Shown here one piece after another: positions 34,031-47,505 of a stretch of DNA of 64,000 bases. Made by a program: the position numbers and the translations under genes. This stretch comes from Bugula neritina. Lineage: Eukaryota > Animalia > Bryozoa. The DNA lies in contig OZ037767.1 of assembly GCA_964035545.1 (NCBI GenBank), positions 13,439,801 through 13,503,800 on the forward strand, read 5' to 3'. The notes beneath the pieces are model-generated. The model saw nothing but the letters and a program-made list of their open reading frames with translations, made no database searches and had not been told where the DNA came from. Every line of letters starts with the position of its first letter. Position 1 is the first letter of the stretch.

Positions 34031-37000
34031 ACATTTTTCAGTGGGTTATTTATAGATTATCTGCTCAGACGTTTGGAAATAGATTTGTTAACCAGCAAGA
34101 ACAAATCATCAATGAATAACTTATCACATGTTGTAATAAGTGTTCACATTTTACTTCTTAGATGTCATGTTTTTAATGGATAAAAACTTAGCAGCAATTT
34201 CTTCCGTTATTGGTTAGAGATGCTGCAGAATCTATGCTTGTATTGCTGAGGAAACTTTTGTTTAGGACCCAATATATATATATAATTTTAGCATACATGG
34301 GTTTTCAAACATATTTATACACGCACACATGCACACACACACCCACCACACACATGAACACACACGCACACACACCCACCACACACATGAACACACACAC
34401 ACACACATTCACAACACACACAAACGCACAAACAATGGTGCCTGCATGGAGAAATGAACGTAACATAATGGGCACAGTTTCATATCTTCATTTAAGAAGA
34501 AATAGGTAATATTTTGTATCAAAATATCAAAATATACCCATGTAATGTGTAAAAGGTGTGTAAATTCATGCCATGGTGCTAAAAATGCTTCACCATGCCG
34601 TCATAACTGCTTTGCCTATCAATTTGAATGTTTGCCATTGTTAAAAAGCTCTCATTCCTGAGAATAAGGCGGCAGTGTTATAATAGGACCCAATAGTGTT
34701 GTCACTGTTTATTCACTCTATTATTATAGTGAATACTGAAATAACAATAAACAACTCTATTGCATACTCTGTGTAAATATGCACAATACAATACCACACT
34801 CATGTGTTTTTATTCAAAATAAGATTGATGATGGAGCTGAGTAAGAGGCATAACAATGCAAAAATACTTACCCAAGAACTAAAACATTGCATGCATGTTT
34901 TGTGAATATGCAAAATAAAAGGTTGAATGTTGCAACATGTTTCAACAATTATCCCTGTAATTCAACAGTTTGGAGATTCAGTATCTGAAGGTTTTTGTGT
35001 ACACACAAAGCTATATAATGTAAATAATTTAATTTTCTATACTATAATATAAAAACATGCAATGTCCAAAAACAGGAATTTAAGGTCATAGTTTTAAGTT
35101 TTCACATGATGAATGATCAAAAAATATTTTTAAAAATAATTTCTTTGCAACTGTTAAATGAGTTAAATGTTAGGCTGTCTTTAAAGCAATATTTTACCAG
35201 AATTTTTTTTAAAAAGTATTTAAGTTACTTTTCTTATACCAAAATTGACTTCAAATGTGCTGCATCTTCTTCTGCTTTTTTTACACCAACACTTTCAATT
35301 CTTAAATGCAAAATTTATATTCATACAATTGTAATACCAATAAGCTAAGAGCTGAGCCCCAGTGCCAATATTTCATAGCAGATCACAGAGGTGTCTGATT
35401 TCAAATCGTTGAATAAAAAAGATTATTTCATTGCACAATTTGTACAGCAATTTTTCATTCTGTAAAACTAAATTCAAGTTCCATGCTTGTGCAGTTACGG
35501 TGCTTTGGGATATTTTTTACATATCTTGAACTGGAATGCCTATAGCTCTTGAATAATTATTATAATTATTTTATAGCCACAACTGAGAGATAGATTTTGA
35601 GCACATTTTAGTAGAATCAAGTTTTCCAGCAATTTTTGAGATATTTTTACAAGTAATTTGACCTTGAACTTTGAACAGTGGCACAATTTTTAGAAACTCC
35701 TGGTGTTCCAAAAATAAGCACTTCAAAACTTGGCAGATTGAAGACTGGGAAACTGAAATTATTCAATGAATCCAATCACTATTTGAATGTGGGCTACTTT
35801 AAAAAAGTCAGTCTCAATAATAATTTTCTTGAAAACTTTTTTAATCATTTTTAAATGCTTCTTACTGAGCAATTAGCATTTAACTCTTCATGTTAGGCAA
35901 GCTGTTCATATTCTGAAAGTCTATTTGCTTTGAACAATTGAATATAGTTGAACTTACATTTGCTATACTCTGTGTTATTCATTAGAACCTTATTCATACA
36001 GAAGTTTGGCCATTGATCAAGGTCTACTGATACGGCTCACTGTGCTATAAAGTAATGATTGTCTCATATGTTGTAGAGGTTGCTATGACGACATGCTATA
36101 AATAAAATGGTGTAGGGTGGATATTGAACTCATCATGTTCTTGTTTGTTTATGGTTTGAATGCGCAAGGCTGCCTTTTTTGTAGCTGTCATCGTGGAGCT
36201 ATTTTCTGCTTGTTTTTAACCACAGAATTTAGTATTTTGATCAGATTTGTTAGCAAATTAACTAAAAGGATGTACATGTATCAGTTACTTTGCTGATTAC
36301 AATGATTGTGTGTAAATACTTATATGAGCATATATTATGAAATAATTATTTTTAGCACAGCTCAAGCCTTTTTGTATCACTTAGGAGCAGTAGTGGAGAA
36401 AGTTAGATAGCCTCAGTTCTTTAATTTGATTATTAAATTTTGGTTTGGGGCGCAGATTGAAGTTCTTGGGAGAACATAACTTTTTATGCTGCATTTCTAA
36501 TCTAAAACACAGGCTTTTCCCAACATTTCCATTACTCCACTTACCTCTTGTGTATGCAGCCATGCAGAATATTGATAGAAGAAGATATTACTCTGTTGTA
36601 TAGACGTATGAAAAGTTATCAATGATTCAATTTCCTTTGTTTAATGATTTTATTCTTGATAAAAACGTTATCAAAGGTTGCCTAGTGCAGTTCCATCCTA
36701 ACAATATGTAGCAACTGATTTACAATTTTTATTTATTGTATCAAGTTTAGCAGCGACTGCACAATCTTTTCTTAAAAGTACCAACATATTGTGAATGTCA
36801 TATGTAAATCACAGCAGTTTACGATAAGCACATTGCTGTAGTTTAAATTATTGAGTTTTGTTAAAGAATGCCATTTTCACGGCACACATGGCGACGTTTT
36901 CCTATATGATTATTAATATTAACATTATTCAATACTTTGCATGTACTGTTTTCTTAGAATGTTAGTTATTTAAATTGTGCCCTGACTTGCTTATATATAA

Positions 37001-37267
37001 ATTAGCAGGCTAGACAAATCATATTGGAGAGGAGAGATAACATAATTCTAATCTACTATATAATGTATATAAAGATTTTGCTATTGCTAAATAATATAAC
37101 AGTCTTGGTGACATATTTTTCTTCTAGTAAAAAAATTTGTGCTTTTGACATTTTAGCTTTTAATAACTTGAAAGCTGTAGATACTGAGTATTAAACATTA
37201 TAATTTCTCATGTATACAGTACTTTCACAAGAATTATAAATTAAGCAATTTTACTACTTGAATATTC

Positions 37268-37319
37268 AATTGATTACAGCAGCAATATTTATATATAAAT
37301 ATTGCTGCTGTAATCAATT
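37268..37319. repeat. Perfect 52-bp palindrome
   Basis: AATTGATTACAGCAGCAATATTTATA followed directly by its reverse complement. Confidence 0.95.
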
Positions 37320-38434
37320 AAATGTTCAAAAAAAGCATAAAATTCTGATAAAAATTTGACCAAATGTTGATGTCTATAGAGACAGCTAATCACGCTGCTG
37401 AGGTTTAGTTACAAACAATAAGTTTCTATTGCAAGTGTTTAGACTGAATAAATAAACATGTTTGTTGATGCTTTTACTTGTACCTCTCCTAACTCTTTTT
37501 ATGTAATGTTTTGCTAACCAATGTTTGTTATTTTAAAGCATAAAACAATTCACAGCATTTTTACAACTTATTTTTCATTGCATTTAGATTTATTTCCTGA
37601 ATAAACTTATTTAGTAACGTGGAAAAAATAAAATACCTTGCCTACAAACTTACAAATCTTAGACTAAGGTAAATATTTGTACTTGAGGTGAAAATCTCAG
37701 TCTAAATTAAAAATCACAATTTATTTTTCATATTAAAAGCAATATTGTAAGAAGGTGATTATATTTCATAGAAATGTATCATGTAAGCTGGCTGTTGAAT
37801 AAAATAATTAGAAACTTATATTATTTTGCCCAAAATGTGTTGAACTATACAAAGTACACTATACATTGACTACTTACATGCATTAAATAATATACAGGAT
37901 ATGTTCGCCAAAACACGGAATAATACACAACATATTTAGCAATAGTATTTCGCATTCAACTTTCATTCATAACTATCACATAATAAACATTACTGTTATC
38001 AAAGTTGAATCATGATTGAGAAATAAGTACATGTTTACTAAGCCCTTCTCAGAATTACCATCACCAGCTTTTTAGTTTATTATTTTAGCAGCTGAACAGG
38101 TTCTAGAGTCACCAGCATGTTTGGATGTCAACAGTGGTTGTAATTTAGAGGTCTTTGCTGCTTGTGTTCAAAAACAAAAGTTATTTTCATCACCATGTTT
38201 AGTTCCTGTTAGTATGCATTGCCAAGGTTAGCTGCTGTGACATATCACAGCTTCAAAGTATATAACTTCCTTTTTAACCTTACATAAACTATACACACCA
38301 CACCATACTAAAACTATGGCCTTAATGAGTTATTATAGAACATTTACTACTGAGCTTGACTACTGCAGAAGTTTTAGATACTTTCACACCTCACCAATTT
38401 TCTAGGCACAAGTAGCTCAAATTCCAACAGCATA

Positions 38435-38865
38435 TGGTATATAGTGTATTATAGTGCATTATATGGTGCATAGTATATAATATATGTTATATAATATACA
38501 CTATATGTCAAATATGCAGTGTACAGTGTATAGTATATATAGTATATATATAGTGCAAGATGCATTGTAGTGTACAGTACATAACATATAGTCTACAATA
38601 TGTAGTATATATAGTATATATGTATTACAGACAGTAAAGAGTGTATAGTATATAGTATATGGTATACAGTGTACAGTATATAGTAATATATAGTGTAATA
38701 TATAACATAAAATATAGTATAATATAGTATGTTGCATAGTATATATATAGTATATAGCATACAGCTATAGTGTAGCAAATAGTATATATTATATATATAG
38801 TATACAGTATATATAGCATATAATATAATATAGTTTAGTATATAGTATAATATAGTATATATAAG
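38435..38865. repeat. (TATAG)n-like low-complexity tract upstream of gene C
   Basis: Related tracts at about 45300-45710 and 55330-56180, upstream of D and E. Confidence 0.85.
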
Positions 38866-39164
38866 AAACGCTTAGTAAACAATAGCACAAACTGTGACAG
38901 CAAACCTAAGAAACATGCATACTTTATGAAATCATACACAAAAAATACTAAAGAACTTAAGCTATGGAGATTTCTCCACAGCTGCACGTGAGTCTACAGA
39001 GTTTTGGAACTTTTATCACATAAATTGGCCTCTAAGAAGTGAAAGCCATCTTATGCACTCTTATTATAGGACACCTGGTAAGTTCATCATTGTTGAGTCT
39101 TGCTGGTTAACAAATCTATTTCCAAACGTCTGAGCAGATAATCTATAAATGACCAACTGAATAA

Positions 39165-39453
39165 TGTTTCTTCAATTACTCAGTAAACAACCTGTTGCAC
39201 AATTCAGCTACCACTCATGCAGTGTTTCAGTAAACATATTGTTTCTAACCTCACACGCTTCACTAACTATATTTGATCAATGCCTTGTATTTCCCTTTGA
39301 ATGTAATAGCCTAGTTCCTCTTTCCTGCATGCTGATTGCTGATTGGCTGATTACAAGTATATAAACTCTTGGTTACTGGTGAGAATATCAAATCAGTTGA
39401 AGTGAACCGAAGAACAATATTCTGATAGAAGTTTCAACATATCATACTAACAT
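39165..39453 (+). promoter_or_regulatory. Gene C promoter and non-coding exon 1
   Basis: ATTGG 39342-39346, TATATAAA 39358-39365, TCAGTT 39393-39398, donor GTGAGT at 39454. Confidence 0.82.
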
Positions 39454-39820
39454 GTGAGTTTACCATTACTTGTCTTTATATCTTGTTAATATAATAGTAT
39501 ATATGTGACTTATTGTAGTAGTTTATATGTAACTGAGTTGATAGTGAACCTGTTTAATTGTTATACTCTGTTTCACATCTGTTAGAAACTTCCGTCTGCA
39601 AATAAATTTATATTTAATTCATAAAATTTCAAATTCTATTGTAAAATAAGTTATCATACTTAGCAAAATTCAATTTTAAGCATCAATATTTTTGTAGAGC
39701 GTTTAAAGTCACACAGAGTTTTGTGATTGAAGTATTTATATTTATTATTGGTTATTGACAATATTATAATGTTGCTATATATGCAGTTTAAAACACAGCC
39801 AATAGTCTTCTTGTTTCAGA

Positions 39821-42800
39821 ATGGGAATGATTTCAAAAACAATGTGCTTAGCAGTCGCTTGTGCTGTTCTATTGGTATTTCTACCTGCACCAGTGAGATG
39901 TGGTATTTCAATAGGTTTGATAATAGACAATACCGGATCTATGGGCAATGACATCGCTGCTGTGAGTTGTTTTATAGTTACTTTAAACTGTAACAATAAA
40001 TATGATTGAATCAGTTATTGTTAAAACATGATTAAAAAAGTTGTGCTAGCAATAGGAAGCTTTCTTGATTAAATTAACTTATTTAAATTAATTTATTTAA
40101 ATTAAAAAATAACTTTTCCTGGTTTTCAAAAACATGCTGCAAGTTTCACGAATTTAATAACAACGTAACTATTCTATTAGAAAATCCTTAATAAGTATAT
40201 TTATATTTTCAGGTGAGAATTAAATCTGCTGAACTGTTTGAAAAGGCAGCTGCAGGAAACACATATGATCATTATGTCATCTCTCTGTTTAATGATCCAA
40301 GTAAGTTGCATAGTTGTCTATATATCATAGTGCTAATTTTTGTGTACTGTAGTGTTTACTGTAGTGTTTACTGTAGTGTTTACTGTAGTGTTTACTGTAA
40401 TGTGTACTGCAGTGTGTACTCTAATGTCTATGCTGTAGGGTGTACAGTAGTGTGTACTGTAATTTGTAATGTAGTTTGTATACTGCATAGCATGTGGTGT
40501 ACTACAGTGCTTAATATAATGTGTACTGTAGTGTGTACTGTAATGTGTACTGTAGTGTATACTGCAGTGTGTACTGTTGTAGTGTGTTATATAATGTGCA
40601 CTGTATGTTTCAGCCACTGGACCTGTATTTGCAACAGCAGATGCTAATGCTGCAAGAAATTTCATTCTTAATAACATAACAGTGACTGTAAGTAGACTAA
40701 GTTTTTAAAATAATGACGGGTGCCTTACTATTTATAATTAGAACCGTGGATTTATTCCATCTACTGTATATTTCATACTACATTGTTATTTCGCATGCAT
40801 ACTTACAGCAATATACTCATAATATACATATGAGTTTGGTTTTTGTGATACAGCTTTTGTCTAATACAACATCATAATTCAAAATGAGTGATAGTATAAG
40901 TATATTATACTATTGATGGAATGTGCCAGTTAAAAAAACAGAAACTGAACACATTTGTATGCTTTTTGTGGATTAGTCGTTAGTTTGAGTGACTGAACTG
41001 TCAAAATGTCTTCTGAGGAAAAGAACTATATCCATATATTGTCGTCTGCTGCAGTAGTTGAATGAGTCATATTACAAACAGGAAATGATGTAATTACAGG
41101 GAGGAGGTGATTGTCCTGAGCTGGCAACTACTGGTATCATAGCCGGTATAGAAGCAGCCAAACCCAAATCTCATCTCTATTTCTTCTCAGATGCATCTGC
41201 CAAAGATGGACCGACTCTTGGACCTACAGCTAGACGCCTCGCCTTGTCTACTGGTTGTCGGGTAAATACATTTTGAATGACCTTGAAATACTCTCCTGAG
41301 ATCTACTAAGTAAATTGGCTGTAGCACCATTATAGTTGAAAATATCTCTTCATCTATGTATCGATAGTTTGTTTCTAGTTTTCAACTGACTATATGTTGT
41401 ACTCAAAATAGAACTTTTCTGAATGTTGATTGTAGGTGTTTCCTATACTCACCGGTACATGTGGAACTACTAGGAAAAGACGAGCAATTGGACAACTTGC
41501 CAGCAGCGGACAGAGCAGTGGGTGGAGATTTCGACGTGCCACAACTGATGCTGATCATGCATGTGTTACTGGTGATATTTATGACAAGTTGGCTTGTGTG
41601 ACCGGAGGAGAAGTTTATAGAGTCAGCAAAAGTGAAGTGGCAGCAGTGAGTTGATAAATAAAATATTTAGTTGTAGGAAGTCAATAATTGTCAATAACAA
41701 TCGTAATAATTTTAATAATTTTTTATCTAAGAGATGTTTAGCAACATCTAAAAAGCATGCAAATTGAAGCTTCTACATCTGCCATAAGGTTCTTTATCGT
41801 GCTACAGATAGTTGACATTATAATTGAGAAAGCTGCTGCTAATATCACTGATGATGGAGATAGAGATCTGGTTCTTGAGTCAATCTACAATCCTGTAGCT
41901 GGTGAAACCAATCTCCACTCTTTCTGTGTTGATCCTTCTGTGCGTGATGTGGTAGTCTCCTTGATTGGATCATCTGCAGTACTGAGTCTCCATGATTCTA
42001 CTGGTAAGTTCAAACATTGTATCCTCTCAAAATATATACTAAGATATTTAGTTCTGATTTTGAAAAGCTTAAAAAAATTTTGAGCAACAGAACCCAAGTA
42101 TGTGACCATGTGTAATTTCTATCTCTCTAATGTTTTGTTAATAGGTTCACTACTGCCAACATCTGCATATGTAGACATTGTTAACATCGGAAGTGTTAAA
42201 GTCAAGAAGATTGTAAGTCCTACAGCTGGAACTTACTCCGTCTCGTTCTCATCATCTGCTGATCATACCTTGAAAATATCAGGTAATGGAAGTGAATTTT
42301 GTTGAATAATTTCTAAGGATGGCATAAAAATGGAAAACAGGTTTATTCTAATTCTTTTGTTTTAGAAGACTGTAAACAGCATAATCATGCACAAAACCGA
42401 AACCTTCAGTTATTCATTGCAATTTCAAAGTAAAACCGACAGTATTTTCATTGCACATTTTTACATACATGCATCCTCTACAATTTCTTTATTGTATTTT
42501 TTTCAAATTTTAGCCAGAAGTACTCTTGGGATTACACCGTTCTTTTTACAAGGGGGTATAATTGAAAAGACTCCATCCACTGGTACGTCTATACCATATG
42601 TTTTAATTATATGCAAATACGTGATACAATCCCACAAACCATTTTTGTGTATTTTCGTCTCAAAAACTTGTTTGTTAATTTTACAGAAGCAAAGGCTGTT
42701 GTCTACGTTGAGGTATCAGAATCTTCAGCTGCTGCAGTTTTCAACACTCTGGATGTGGAGGGATTAGATGGTACAGTGTTTGACACAATTTCTCTGGAGA

Positions 42801-43603
42801 GAGTCAACAGCACTCACCTGGTCTCCAGCTCTGCTGTATCAATACCAGATGATTGCTTTTTCATCAAGGTGAATCATTCCTAATAATACCTATATTGTAG
42901 CTGCACCTCCTGAATCAATGGTGAAGCTTTGCTCTATCCACATTCAACACCGAAATTCCATTGTTCAATGATCAAGAAGTTATAACACTGATAATGTTTT
43001 TCAGGGGTCAAGTGATGGAACTTCTGAAGGATGCAGCTTTACCAGATCTTCTCCTACTGCCATCTGCCCAACAAGTGAGTTTCCATTTAGCATATTAGGC
43101 CCTTCACGTGCTTTCATGAATTCATACTTATATAATGTTAATGTCAAAATTAATCAAACTTTCTAAACTGATCAAAGGTGAAATTGATAAGTATGTAATC
43201 TATAAAATATTGGTGCAAACAAGCGATGTTTTAGAATCTCAACCTAACATGCCATGGCTTTTATTCTTGGCTGATATTTGATTAACTCTGCCACAGCTGG
43301 TTCAAATTACAAATTATTCAGTAAATTAGACTATATTTAAATATTAACAAATAATTAATATCATTTTTTCTGTAGATAATCCTGTACCAACCACCACACC
43401 CATTCCAACTACCACTGATGGTAAGACTATATACTATGTACCCCTACTATATTGTTAATAGAATCTATAGATTTAAATGCTATAGACTTAAATGTTGCTC
43501 TTTCACAAGATAGTGCCACATAATGCTGCGTTGCATTGCACCAAACAGTTCTTTACTCTAATTGAACCATCAAAACATTGTAGACTGGTCATGGTTGTAC
43601 TAA
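39821..43603 (+). CDS. Gene C: secreted hemicentin/VWA7-like VWA-domain protein (464 aa)
   Basis: Coding exons 39821-39961, 40213-40300, 40614-40687, 41100-41261, 41436-41645, 41808-42003, 42145-42282, 42514-42582, 42687-42868, 43005-43074, 43376-43420, 43584-43603 (1395 nt); AATAAA at 43928. Confidence 0.9.
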
Positions 43604-44265
43604 TCTGAACAGATATTCTAAGACTGTAAGGTTTTCCTCAAGATTACAAGAATTCTGCCTATACAGACCCAGCTGTGCTTTCAAGAATTATCTTCTCCTG
43701 GTGCTACCTTCCAATCAGAGATCCCTATGACTCATTTGATTAACATTAAAATAGCTTTGATATAATATTTGATGTTATATTTTACATCTTCTAAAGAATG
43801 CATTATATTATGTAAGTTTCCTTGTTTGTGCTTTTATATACTCTATATTCTTCAACACAGTTTCAATCACAAGTTTATGTAACTTTCAATCAAAAAATCT
43901 CTTTTTACAAAATTATTATTGAAAGCAAATAAAAACATATCAAATTATTCTCACATCTCTGCATCAGCTTATTTGTTTGTAAATTTATATGTAAACCTAC
44001 AAATCCTTAACAAATATATCAATAATAAATAATACTAGTTTCATTACAGTAATTTTTGTTGCAAGTGTGATCTTAAGAAATAATTACAATCTACTTATTA
44101 TTTGTAAATGTAGCTACAATAACAACGTTATGGTTATTGAATTGAAAGTATAATATTGTTTATGTATTTTGCATGTTAAAAGTAAATTTCAAACAACATT
44201 GTAGATCTGCATTCAGATATTACAATCATACAGTCGTAATATCACTATATATATTAATCATGCAG

Positions 44266-44303
<38 letters not shown>

Positions 44304-45771
44304 TAATCATTCAGTATATCTATAATCATAATATAATCATAATCGTAATATAATCTATAATCACTATATCTCTTTCATTCATGAATTATTTATTAGTCAC
44401 TTTGTACACTATATATAAATGGTGTCCACATATGTGGACGCTGTGCATGAAAGGGATATGCTATATATATATATATAAAGACTTACTATTATATACTCTA
44501 CACAATGAAGAACTTTACATCTGAAAAATCTTCTCGACTCTCTTCTTTCACTCATAAGGAGTTATGTTCTCTAATCGATTATTCAATTCAGGAAGAACAT
44601 TATTGAATAGAGCTGGCAACTTCAAAATACTGGCTTTAACTTATATTTCCACTACACCAATTTTTATACAGATTCACACAGCTATTACTGGCACATGTTA
44701 ATATTTCACAATAAATGTTTAATTTTTTTCATGCTATCACCGTGCCGTATTATTATAGTATATAGTATAATAATAATATACTAATTATACAGTACTATAT
44801 AACTATTGAATGTTGAATGAAATATAATTAGAGATTATATAAATTATTGTTTTAAAATGTGTTTAATTATATAAAATATGTTAACTGCTTATACATATAC
44901 AATAATATACAGGATATTCACCAAAACATGCTATAATACACAAATGTTTAGCAACACTAGTGTACATTCAATGATCAGTCATGCGAGAAACATAATACAC
45001 ATTAAAATGTTACTCAATAATGAATAACCATGCATTGAGAAATAGGTAAATGTTTGTTGTGTCATTTTCAGAATTCCATTTCCTTAAAGAGCTTTATAGG
45101 TTATTATCTTAATTGTTAAATAACTAGTTTTTTCTCTAACCTTGCATAAACTATACACACCACAGTGATACCAATACTATATATGATATTAACAATTTAT
45201 AGAATATCTACTACTGAGCTTGACTACAGCAAGAGCTTTACATACCTTCACACCCCGTATGTTTCTAGTCACAAGTAGCTAAAGTTGCAACAGTATATAG
45301 AGCGTGTGGTGTTTACTATATATGCATAGTATACATAATTATAGGCTGTAGTGTGTGTACATAGTCTTTAGTCTTTAGCATATATTTTAATTTTATAGTA
45401 TATAATATTATATATAGTAGGTAGTATACTGCATACAGCATGCAGCATATATGGCACACAGTATACAGCATGATTTTATATTGTATATTGTATATGGTAT
45501 AGTATATAGCATAATATAATGTTTAGTATAGTTTATTATGTATAGCGCATAATATAATATATTATATATAGTATATAAAATATAGCATAGTATATATAGT
45601 ACATATAGCATGTGGTATATATAGAAAATAGCATATTATAATATATAGTATAGTATATATCGTATAGTATATAGTATAATATAGTATATAATAGCCGTGG
45701 TATATAGTAGTTGGAGCATTTGACTAGTTTTAAGCATGAAGTCATGCGTTTGAGCAGACAAAGGCCATTAT

Positions 45772-45887
<116 letters not shown>

Positions 45888-45890
45888 CAA

Positions 45891-45937
45891 TCTGTGGACA
45901 GCAGCTGTTTCGGGGTTTGTCCCCTCATCAGCACAGA
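45891..45937 (-). ncRNA. Type I hammerhead ribozyme (copy 1)
   Basis: Minus strand: UCUGUG-CUGAUGA-GGGG-ACAAA-CCCC-GAAA-CAG-CUG-CUGUC^CACAGA; full core, three stems, GUC cleavage between 45897 and 45896. Confidence 0.93.
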
Positions 45938-46162
45938 ACAGAGTACCATGGCCCACACCTTCGCAATAGTAGAAACTTATGTTTCTACTAAAGCATATTT
46001 AAAAGGTGTGTAAACTCAAGCCAGAGAGCTCAAGTGACTCTAGGGGTCACCTAGGAGTCACGAGCCTTGCAAAATGCTAGCAGCTTGAGTTTGTGACCAT
46101 GGTGAGAGAGCTCAATCACTGAATGTCATTGCTGAGCATTAAGTGAGAGCATAATACCTCAA

Positions 46163-46209
46163 TCTGTGGACAGCAGCTGTTTCGGGGTTTGTCCCCTCAT
46201 CAGCACAGA
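46163..46209 (-). ncRNA. Type I hammerhead ribozyme (copy 2)
   Basis: Identical to copy 1, 272 nt away; cleavage between 46169 and 46168. Confidence 0.93.
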
Positions 46210-46436
46210 ACAGAGTACCATGGCCCACACCTTCGCAATAGTAGAAACTTATGTTTCTACTAAAGCATATTTAAAAGGTGTGTAAACTCAAGCCAGAGAG
46301 CTCAAGTGACTCTAGGGGTCACCTAGGAGTCACGAGCCTTGCAAAATGCTAGCAGCTTGAGTTTGTGACCATGGTGAGAGAGCTCAATCACTGAATGTCA
46401 TTGCTGAGCATTAAGTGAGAGCATAATACCTCAATA

Positions 46437-46597
<161 letters not shown>

Positions 46598-47234
46598 TAA
46601 TATTATAGTATGTATATAGTACATTATAGTACATAGTATAATATATTGTATATAGCATATAGTATAGTATATATATTATAGGAAATGTTTAGGAAACACT
46701 AGCACAACCTGTGACAGTAACATTTATTTTTAAAAAATATCTCATAATATTCTACACAAAAATATTTTACAGAAATACAACTTTTTGCATTTAAATTTAG
46801 TTTCTTCAACTTTCTTATTAAGAGTTAAAAGTTCATTGTAATATAATGCACTTAAATAATATAATTTATGCTTATCGAATCAATGAAAGTCCCTCATAAA
46901 ATACTAACATTGCATATGCTGATTTTCTAAATAAAAAGAATTTGGTTAAAGTTTTTGCAACTGCAATTGCAGTAAATTGAAAACTATAGACAAGCTAAAT
47001 GAAATAGAAAATATATAATTTAAAAACTAATAAACTGTATCTAGCTATTGAGATATTCTCACAACTGCACCTAAGTGTACAGAGTGTTAGAGCTCCTATC
47101 ACATGGTTTGGTAATCTAGCCATTACTGTTGGTTTGTGGTCAGTAGGCATTATTTTGGCCATAAAACCAGTTTTTAATTGCAACGTGAGTAATCAATTCA
47201 TAAATTATATGTTGAATTTAATGTGTCTTTTACC

Positions 47235-47505
47235 AGGTAGCGCATTGCACAACAGCGCCCACTCATGCAGTGTTTCAGTAAACATATTGTTTTAAACCTT
47301 ACAGAATGGCACCCTTCACTAACTATATTTGGTCTCCGCCTTGCGTTTCCTTTTCGATTTAATCACCCAGTTCCTCTTTCCTTCTGGTTCCTGATTGGCT
47401 GATTAAAAGTATATAAACTCTTGGTAACTGGTGAGAATATCAAATCAGTTGAAGTAAACCGAAGAACAATATTCTGATAGAAGTTTCAACATATCATACT
47501 ACCAT
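47235..47505 (+). promoter_or_regulatory. Gene D promoter and non-coding exon 1
   Basis: ATTGG, TATATAAA 47410-47417, TCAGTT, donor GTGAGT at 47506. Confidence 0.8.

Noticed and set aside
39821-43603. Calling the genes HMCN1 or VWA7
   Set aside because: Only the VWA/Ig-like module is present; orthology cannot be set without phylogeny
43584-43603. Functional NEMO-binding domain mimic
   Set aside because: The protein has a signal peptide and NEMO is cytosolic; a five-residue match is insufficient
43584-43730. Longer last-exon frame (TGHGCTNLNR...)
   Set aside because: Wrong phase for the phase-1 donor in all five copies, and it stops early in D and E
44421-44455. Palindrome GTCCACATATGTGGAC...CATGAAAGGG as a piggyBac-type end
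   Set aside because: Only one end is visible and there is no TTAA; too little to call
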